Assembly: GCF_009914755.1 (NCBI RefSeq)
Contig: NC_060939.1
Length of the DNA: 64,000 nucleotides
Reading direction: 5' to 3' (one strand)
Origin: the human T2T-CHM13v2.0 reference genome, Homo sapiens
Positions within the stretch are counted from its first letter, which is position 1. Each line of letters begins with the position of its first letter. Of this stretch, positions 52,157-64,000 are shown piece by piece. The notes below the pieces were generated by a model. That model was not told where the DNA came from. It searched no databases and saw nothing but the letters and a program-made list of their open reading frames with translations. Position numbers and translations under genes: made by a program.

Positions 52157-52750
52157 TGAGAGGTGCAGCCGACTGGGCTTCTGGGTCGGGTGGGGACTTG
52201 GGGAACTTTTCTGTCTAGCTAAAGGATTGTAAATGCACCAATCAGCACTCTGTGTCTAGCTAAAGGTTTGTAACGCACCAATCAGCACTCTGTAAAAACG
52301 GACCAATCAGCACTCTTTAAAATGGACTAATCTGCTCTCTGTAAAATGGACCAATCAGCAGGATGTGGGTGGGGCCAAATAAGGGAATAAAAGCTGGTCA
52401 CCAGCGCCAGCCCTGGCAATCCGCTCGGGTCTCCTTATTGGTTGTGGAAGCTTTCTTCTTTTTGTTCTTTCTCTCTTGGCAATAAATGTTATTGCTGCAA
52501 GCAGAAAGTGTCTGGGTTGGCACCACCTTTAAGAGCTGTAACACTGACTGTACGGTATGTGGCTTCACTCCTGAAGTCAGCAAGCCCACGAACACACCTG
52601 GAAAGACGAGCAACTCTGGATGCGCCACCTTTAAGAGCTGTAACACTTGCTGCAAAAGTCTGCGGCTTCACTGCTGAAGTGAGCAAGGCCAAGAACCCAC
52701 CGGAGGGAAGAAACGTAGGAAACATCTGAAGGAACAAACTGCGGACATGC
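52157..52750 (+). mobile_element. LTR12-family (ERV9/HERV9) solo LTR, LTR12F-like
   Basis: tgagaggtg start; tandem ctagctaaagg..gtaaa.gcaccaatcagc and ggaccaatcagc units; aataaaagctgg; repeated ccacctttaagagctgtaacact; 3' end approximate. Confidence 0.92.
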
Positions 52751-54454
52751 CACACGCACGGACTAGGATGGGCATTTCATACTAAGCCTTTTTGGGATTT
52801 GGGGGTCGTCGTATGAGATTGACTGAAGCGGCGGTATTCGTCTTCCTGCTACCTGTGGGAACGTTCCCAACCATGGTCTCAAACACCTGAAAGTTCTTTC
52901 TGCTGGGGGGGTGCGTCAGAGGAGGCCTTTGTACCGGGGCGATGCGATAAGCCCTGCTGCGGGTGTTGACATTTGGCCCCCCGAGCGGGAGATCAGTGTT
53001 TGCCTACCAGAAGTCTGGTGGCAGAATTGCGTGGAAGCTGCTGGCGCCTCTGTGATGCAGTGGGGCTCCCAGCACTTTCTTGGCTGATGGGCAGTTCTAG
53101 ATTTAGGGTGAGGCAAGTGAGGCACTCAAATGGGGGTATCAGAAATCCAGTAATTAGGATAAGTAACATTTAATGCCATATTTTTAAAAAACAAAAATCA
53201 ATACAGAAAATTCGTGATGAATACAGTGTGGAAACTGAAGACAGGCTGCTGCTGTTTGCCTTCTGGTGTTGCATTATTGTGCAACAGGAGTGGTCATTTC
53301 TAGGTAGTTCGTAATTCTCTGACCATGTGGCCAGCGTGTCCCCCACTGGGTGGGTTTCTGAGGGTTGGCAATGGTGGGCCAACATTGCCCGGGAGGCTTT
53401 ATATATAGTTATGTTTTTTTGGTTAACTTTTCCCACTTGGTTCAAAATCCGGGAGGCTATCTTGGTAAGTATCTATGAAGTATACGTTGTTTCTTCCCTA
53501 CAGAGTCCAGTAGGATTTGGCTTGATGCCTATGACAGGTCATTGGTGACCATGGCCTGCTGACCTTAGTGCTGGCCCACAACACTGCTGGAGAACACTGG
53601 GGAGGCCTGTGTGCAATAGCACATTCCCGGGCAGCGGTGGATGGGGGGCCGAGACAGGCCTGAGCGGCACCGTTTGCTCTGTAACTCGAGGAGGCCCAGG
53701 GTCACTGGCTCGGGAGAGTTTGTAATTGATGAGACGGGTCCAGGCCCAGCTACCCTGGGACGGTTCACCCTATGATTGAGGAAGCGTCAGCTCCAGGGCC
53801 GACACTTGGATGACCTCTCCAAGGCCTGGAGCTTGCTTTAGACTTGTAATAGGTTAATATCATTTTCCTCAACATGGTGTCCCCAAAGTGCATAAGCTTT
53901 TGGGCCCCAGAACACCGCGGAAGGCACTTCTGCCTGCCCTTGTGAGTAAGGGGATAACTGTGCCATGTGGCGCACAGGGAACTGATGTCACCTGGGGCAG
54001 AGGATCCTGGGTTGGCCGGGAGCACCGTGTGGGGGTGGGAAGTGACTACGGTGTGTGTGTGTTTGGTTTTTCTTTGCTTAAAATTTAAAACAAATGAAAA
54101 AACCCTAAACTAGTATGTGCTCAATGGAACAAATTAAAAGTATACGGAAATATTGAAACAAAAAAGTGATTATCTTTTTTTCCTCTGCAACCCTAGCCCC
54201 TAGCAGTAACCCCCATGAACACTGGTGCGTTCCCTTCAGCTATTTCTTCCTGGTTCTCAGCACACATGCTCTCGTAAAGGACTTTTTAAAAGGAAACTTT
54301 AGCAACATTTATGGGAGTCTTTTTGAGCCATTACACAGACAGCTTCCTCACCCTTCAACCAGCTGCATGGTGTTCTCCGGTGTGGCTGTCCCCGGGATTC
54401 TTGCTTTCTAGAAATGATTCCATGTGGTATTTTCCATATGAAACTGCATCCTGG

Positions 54455-54759
54455 GGCTGGGCGTGGTGGCTCATGCCTGTACTCCTAGCACTTTGGGAAG
54501 CCGAGGCAGGCCGGTCACGAGGTCAGGGATTCAAGACCAGCCTGGCCAACATGGTGAAATGCCATCTTTACTAAAAATACAAAAATTAGCCAGGTGTGGT
54601 GGTGGGCACCTGTAATCCCAGCTACTCGGGAGGCTGAGGCAGGAGAATCACCTGAACCTGGGAGGCAGAGGTTACGGTGACCTCAGATTGTGCCACTGCA
54701 CTCTAGCCTGGGCAACAGAGTGAGACTCCATCTCAAAAACAAAAAAGAAAAAAAAAAAA
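54455..54759 (+). mobile_element. Alu (AluS) with TSD gaaactgca(t/c)cctgg
   Basis: Dimer, poly-A, TSD. Confidence 0.95.
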
Positions 54760-54889
54760 GAAACTGCACCCTGGAAAAAATCTTCCCAACAAGTCTGAAT
54801 GGTGCTGGAAAGCTTTACTATTAAGGCCATTTCTTCGAGTTTAAGCTTTGAAAGTGGCTCTTTTTTTAAAAAAAATACAGTAAACAGTG

Positions 54890-55120
54890 TGGTGGAAGGA
54901 GAACTTGGGCTTTAGACGTACCTGAGTCAGCTCCCAGATCCACCATTTCTTATCTTTATGACCTTGGCCAACTTACTTAACTTTCCTGAGTCTTGATTAG
55001 CTTGTCTATGACATGGAGTAATGAGGCTGATTTCTCATGGTTTCTGTAAGGATTAAGTGTGATTAAGTGTGTAAAACTTCAAGCCCAATGTCTAGCAGCG
55101 ATTGTATTCAGTAAACAGTT
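54890..55120. mobile_element. MIR fragment
   Basis: tgaccttggccaacttacttaactttcctgagtct core. Confidence 0.7.
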
Positions 55121-57060
55121 TTGAAGTTTCTTAAGCATTAGCTGATAAAAAAAAGTGCAACGAGGGTAATAGTTCTGCTTCTGTTTCAATGCCTGGGATC
55201 TGTTGGGTAGGTTGGGTGGACTGATGACATTGTCTGCAATTCCCTCATCCATGGCCGAGGAAGCAGCAGGCCAGTGGGATGGCAGAGCTGAGAGTGAAAC
55301 CCGGGCCTCGCCTGCTGTGCTGGAGATCGGACACAATGAGACAGAGATGCTTCACTCCAGAACTCACAGCCCTAACAGTGCTGGACGTAAATCTTGGTTT
55401 GTGTTTTTCCAAGGCTTTTGCAAGTATTTGCCCACTCTGCCCTTTGTGGACGATGTCACTATCCATGTTAAATGGACTTCTGGGGCTGCTGGGGACCAGC
55501 GTGCACATGTTAAGTCAGTAAGCGCCTCTCAGATCTCAGCACCACCTGTTTAGCAGGTTGGCCAGTTAGCTGCAGTCGGCTCTGAGGGATGGAGACCCAG
55601 GATGGGGCAGATCCGAAGGGCAGGGAAGGGCACGGAGGGGCACTCCTGAAGGGCTGGGCTTGGGAGCAGCAGGGGTTGTTCCTGGGAGGCTGACCGGGTG
55701 GGAGTGGTCCTACAGAGAAGAATAAGGAGTGGCACTTGGTGGTGAGGGCGGGAGAACCCCCCAAAGAGGTTCACATGTGCGCTGTGTTCCTCTGGGGCTG
55801 TCCTGACCCAGTGTGGTCTGTGGTGACCAGTGACTCATGGTCAGTGTCTGGGCTGCTCATATATTTATAGATGAACGTTCCCACACATCTCACAACTCAG
55901 CTTGTAAAACTTGGGAGGATTATGGGAAAACAAAACAAAACAAAACAAAAAACACCTTCTTCAAAAGTTCAGTGGGGCCTTTGTAACCTGGACCACTTTG
56001 AATGTCACACAAAAAGCCCAGCATGCATGTGGCTCAACTGTTAGCTTGCAAAGCCCTCTTACGAGGTGGGCTCTGCTGGCTCCAGATATGTCAAGGGGAC
56101 TCAGCCCTTCGGAGCTCCCAGGTGGGCCCAAGCCCCCATAAAGTGGTCTAGGAGGGGCCGGGATGAGGGAGAAAGTTTTTCTCTCTGGACTGAGGAGGCT
56201 CTTGAGGGGTGGGGTGGGGTGGGGTGGGACACTGGCTTAGCCCTGAAGGATGAGAGGATTGGTCCAGGCAGGAGCTCTGGGGAAAATGCTCTTGGGAGTG
56301 GGAACAGCAGGGGCAAGGCAGAGTGCAGGGTCTCATTTCTTAACTGTGGTGACCACCGTGACGGTCCCACAGAATAAAGGTGTGGTGTCGGTGCGTTGTA
56401 AGTCTGCAGAGACCACCAGCTCTCCTGGTTTTACGAACGAAGAAACTGGGGCTGTGGATGAGTTAGGGTTTTGGTAGGGGCTCTGGGAGGCGAGTGGCAC
56501 CAAAAGAGGAGATGGAGGGTCACAGTGGAGCCACCAGCCCAGGCCGACCACGCGGCCAGGCAGCCGGACCTGGACCCCCAGCCCTGTCCCTCATTACTCA
56601 GGGTCTCCTTTGGCAGATTCAAAATGTTTTCTCCAAAATGGGCATTTGCTTTTGAGCCTTCCCCTTTCAGGAGGACAGAAAACGATTTCTCATTGTCTCA
56701 GGAAGTGGAGCAGGCATATCCTCCACAGCCCAGCACTTTCACACTGAGGTTTACTCCAAATATACTTGTGCATGTATGTATCTTCCAGGAGACCGCACTG
56801 TTCATAAGCACTCAACACAGAGCCGTCTAGATGCCCAGCCGCGGTAGCATGTACAAGTACATTGCCGTATAGTCCCGCAGGAATATCACACAGCAGCGAG
56901 AACAGACAAACTGCAGCTACCATATGGGTGACTCTCCAAACACAGCACAGAAGAAAAGAAATGAGTCATCAAAGATACACACAGTGTGATTCCATTTGTA
57001 TAAAGTTCAAAAGCAGGTGAAGCTCAACAATGCATTATTTAGAAATACAGATGAAGTTCA

Positions 57061-60159
<3,099 letters not shown>

Positions 60160-60160
<1 letters not shown>

Positions 60161-60275
60161 AGAAAAGAAAAGAAAAGAAAGAAGGAAGGAAGGAAAGAAA
60201 AAGAAGAAACGAAGGGAAGGGAAGAAGGAAGGAAGGGAGGGAGGAACGGAGGGAAAAAGAGAGAAAGAAAGAGCA
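60160..60275. repeat. Polypurine (GAAA/GGAA) tract
   Basis: Almost pure A/G for about 115 nt. Confidence 0.9.
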
Positions 60276-61848
60276 AAGGCAGGAACGAGCCAGGCAGAAG
60301 TCAGGCAGTGCTGCCTCTGGGAGGGAAGGAGTGCAGTGGGAAAGGGCCCCATGGTAAAACACAAGGATCTGCTTTATCATTCTCTAAACTATGTGCAGAC
60401 ATCTTATACACTTTTTAAAATGCTTTATTTAGCAATAAAACATCTTAAAAGAATAAACAAAAACAGGAGAGAGAAGCAGAATCTTGTAGCTTCGGATCCA
60501 TGTGTGTCCCCATCTCCTTCTCCCATCACCGGGTCTACCCTGATTGTCTGGGAACCTGAGGATTCCAGCAAGGATCTTGGGGCACCTCAACAGCTCCCCT
60601 TCCTGCTTTGGCCAACATCACCTGGCCAGCTCACTCCGAAAAGCACAGCAGTTGGGAAGGTGTTGTGTTAAGGAGCTCCCCTCATTGCCTGAGTGCCTGG
60701 TCTGGGTTTCAGAGGCTAGGCAGGTGCAGCCAGTGTCTGCAGGAGAGATGCGCAGAGGCTCAGGGCCAGCCTCTTGTGCCTGCCTGGTTCCCACAGGTAG
60801 TACCCTCTCCTTTCCCGATGTTCTCTGTCCTTTGCTACCCATCCAGGTCCCTGCCCTCGAGCCTCCTCTGGCAGTGCTCCCATGGTCCAGGGAAGTCCCT
60901 CACCAGAGTGCTCAGGCACTAGGCCTGTCAGGTGTGGGCATCTGGGGACCCAAGCCTCCTGGCCCTCAGGGACTGTGATGTTTGCTGGGGCCACCAGGGT
61001 GGGGAAAGGGTGCACGCCAGCAGGAGTGAGGGGTAGGCGGGTGAAACCCTAGGCATTCACCACAGCTCAGCGTGACGGTGGAGGCTGCCAGCACGGGAAT
61101 CAGACTGCCGGGCCCCTTTGTTGCTCTGCTCTTTTTCTATGATAACATTTAATGAATGATCCACATTCATGAAAATTAGCCAAAGAGCAATTTTACAAAT
61201 AAAACAATTGGGGTCTTTTCTGAGTGTTTTCTGCTTATCTAGACAAGGTGTGTGTGGTTGATTTGCTTATCTGCCCAATCCAGGCCTGCCCTCCAGTGGG
61301 AGCAGGTAGCTGTCACCCACCCACCCACCCAAGACTACGTCCACCAAAGGCATTGGCAGGAATCACCACCCTTTGGGCCATGGAACTGAGCATTTAGGAA
61401 CTATGGAGGGTATCCAGCCCAACTCTTTGCTTTTACCTCTAAGGGAACAACGTCCAAACCCCAAGGCAAATTGGTGGCCGGCTTGGCTGAGTACTGGCTT
61501 GCCTCTCAGAGCAAAGGGTGCATGCCTGTCTTTGACCCAGCACTTTCACTTCCATGGATCGATCACCTGGAAATACTTTTGCATGTAAATAGGCAATGTA
61601 TGGATGCTTGTTGCAGTGTATTTTAAGCTAAGTGAAAAATTGGAAACCTCCACTTTTTTGTTAGTCTACCTGGGGGACTGATTAAACCAATTAACGACGT
61701 ACCAAATCATGGACTATGCAACCATGAACAAGACTAACACAGAACTCTAAAGTGTAAACGTCTCCATTATGAATTGAAAAAAAAAGCGTAGTAAAATATT
61801 TCCGATGTGATCCAGCTCTACAGGAACAAACTTCCCGATATTCAAGAG

Positions 61849-62220
61849 CAGAGCTGTCCCGCATGGTAGACCCTGGCTACCTGGGGCTGTTGCGCACCTG
61901 AGATGTGGCCAGGGTGAATGGAGACATGCTGTGAGTGTGAGATGGCACGCTAATGTTCACTGTGACATGAGAGCTGAAAACGAGGTGTGTGGCAGGATTT
62001 CAAAGACTTAGAACAATAAAGAAAGACATAAAATACCTCATTAGTATGTGTTTGGTATTGACTACATGTTGAAACAATCATATTTTAGATATATTGTGTT
62101 AAATGAATTATAGAATTAAAGTTAATTTCACTTATTTGTTTTTACTTTTCCTTTTTAAGTGGCTACTACACAGTTTGAAATTATGTCTGTGGCGCGTGTG
62201 CTATTTCTATTAGGCAGCAG
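61849..62220 (-). mobile_element. MER33 (hAT-Charlie) MITE
   Basis: cagagctgtcc... start; acatgttgaaacaatcatattttagatatatt; atttctattaggcagc end. Confidence 0.75.
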
Positions 62221-62242
62221 AGGTCTAGAATAATACACATCA

Positions 62243-62540
62243 GGCCGGGCGTGGTGGCTCACGCCTGTAATCCCAGCCCAGCATTTTGGGAGGCTGAGGT
62301 GGGCGGATCACCTGAGGTCAGGAGTTTGAGACCAGCTTGATCAACATGGTGAAGCCTTGTCTCTACTAAAAATACAAAATTAGCTGGGCGTGGTGGCGGG
62401 CACCTGTAATCCCAGCTAGTTGGCAGGAGAATCGCTTGAATCTGGGAGGCGGAGGTTGCGGTGAGCCGAGATCATGCCATTGCACTCCAGCCTGAGCAAC
62501 AGAGCAAGACTCTGTCACACACACACAAAAATAATAATAA
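62243..62540 (+). mobile_element. Alu (AluS) with internal deletion
   Basis: Alu consensus. Confidence 0.93.
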
Positions 62541-64000
62541 TACACGTCAAACACTAAGCATGGTCCACAGCACGGGAGAGTAGGGATCAGGAGGAGTGTG
62601 TAAGCAGGACTTCACTTGGCTCTTCTGTGGGGTTTTCCAACTTTATATATTCATGTAGTATGCTTTTTAATGATTAACAAACAAAAAAGGGCACTGTGGC
62701 CATGATTCCCGAGGAGCAAGCTTTCCACCTCACCAAGCCTGAAGAATTTGCCCATTCCTGTGCCCTGTCTCCAGGAGAGCCAGGGCCACCTGCCATGAGC
62801 GTTACCCCTACCTTAAGGCATTTCAGGCATTACCCACCCTGGGGGAGCAGACACAGGATGGATAAGTTGTGATGAGGGAGGAGGATACCTGTGCTTGCCA
62901 CTTTAATGGCAGGGGCAGACAGGGGGCCAGGGATTGGGGGAGCGGGAGCCAGAAGCCGTGAGGGAGGGGACAAGGTGCACAGCGACAAGGTCTCAGCAGC
63001 GGGGGAGGGGAGTGCTGTGGCCTGATGTTAACTTGTTTTCTTAAAGTCAGCTCTAGCATTGTAAATGCATTTTTCCCCACTTAGCAATTGAAGATACAGT
63101 TTCTGAAAAGCAGTGAGATAGATACTAATATGTGCTTTCTACAAGAGGCTGGGAAAATTGCTCCTGGCGCGATGGGCATCTGAGGTAACAGAAAAATCTC
63201 TTTCCTGGACTCTGCCTGCTCCCAATGGATGCTGTAATTCCTTCACCCATGGCTGAGTCTAACCTCAGAGCTTGCAAAAGAGGAGGATGGCAGATACTGA
63301 CCCATCAGATATGCCTTTGCATATCACTGAGGGCAACATGTCTCTTGCTACTGTCTACTTAATGGAGGTTTTAAGACGTTAAATCCCCTTAATCTCTAGG
63401 TCATGGAAGGCTTGGGGGTATTGTGTCCTCTTATTCTCCTGGCTGAGGGCTTCCATCTTCCCAGGTCCAGCATTTACACACACACACCCAGACACACACA
63501 CATACACTCTCAAATTATAGGACATCTTCCAAACATTGTCAATCAAAGCCAAAGCCAATTTTCTAAAAACATCTACTGCCCCCAGTAGGAGGATTTTAGG
63601 TTGATAGAAAATCTGTTTTGTTTTCACTTAGTTCAGAATGAAGATGACTCGCATCTTAAAATGCCTGAGTGTCATTTCACTTCTTGTGCTTATCAGCTTT
63701 ACAGAGCAAATAAATGAGGTTGCACAGAGCCAAACCAAACACAACTCCAAACTTCTCCCAGAAAATAATCAATAAAACATAAACAGGTACAGCAAACACA
63801 TTCAACATGAGTTGATATTTCCAATTACATTTTCTGGGGGAGGAGGGCTAAAAAATACACTGCAGAGAATAGACAATTTATGCTATAAATATAATTGCAA
63901 ATGCCATGAATTAAAACTGCTGCTGGATAGTTCAAAACAATGGTGTTTTGAGAACCTGACCAAAGGCAGTCTTTCCCAGAATCAGTCCCGTATTCATCAA

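Overview
Human (great-ape-type) genomic DNA covering the 5' two-thirds of TRPM1 (melastatin-1; chr15q13.3 from established knowledge) on the minus strand. I traced 19 exons by GT-AG boundaries and phase continuity. They run from an 86-nt exon whose last 3 nt are the ATG (45457-45542) to the exon ending ...VKFWFYT (1804-1935), giving 2571 coding nt (857 codons): the cytosolic melastatin-homology regions and pre-S1. Exon numbers assume one non-coding first exon just beyond the right edge; the TM/pore exons lie beyond the left edge. The intronic miRNA MIR211 is at 29137-29246 (-). Introns hold 24 Alus, old L1/L2/MIR fragments, MaLR LTRs (MST, MLT1), hAT MITEs (MER53, MER33) and an ERV9-family LTR12 solo LTR. 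Nearly all non-exonic ORFs in the track are repeat or low-complexity artefacts. I see no wholly new biological system. The most interesting observations are: (i) the Met of the classic MKDSNR start is ACG on this haplotype, inside a stack of alternative starts and uORFs; (ii) two in-frame intron read-through tails with nearby poly(A) signals, one open for 217 codons; (iii) a 43-bp copy of the exact 5' end of intron 14 pasted into an old L1 2.3 kb away; (iv) a duplicated poison donor 30 nt after exon 8; (v) a GC-box cluster, an LTR12 and a PBX/MEIS/SOX motif cluster as candidate regulatory elements.
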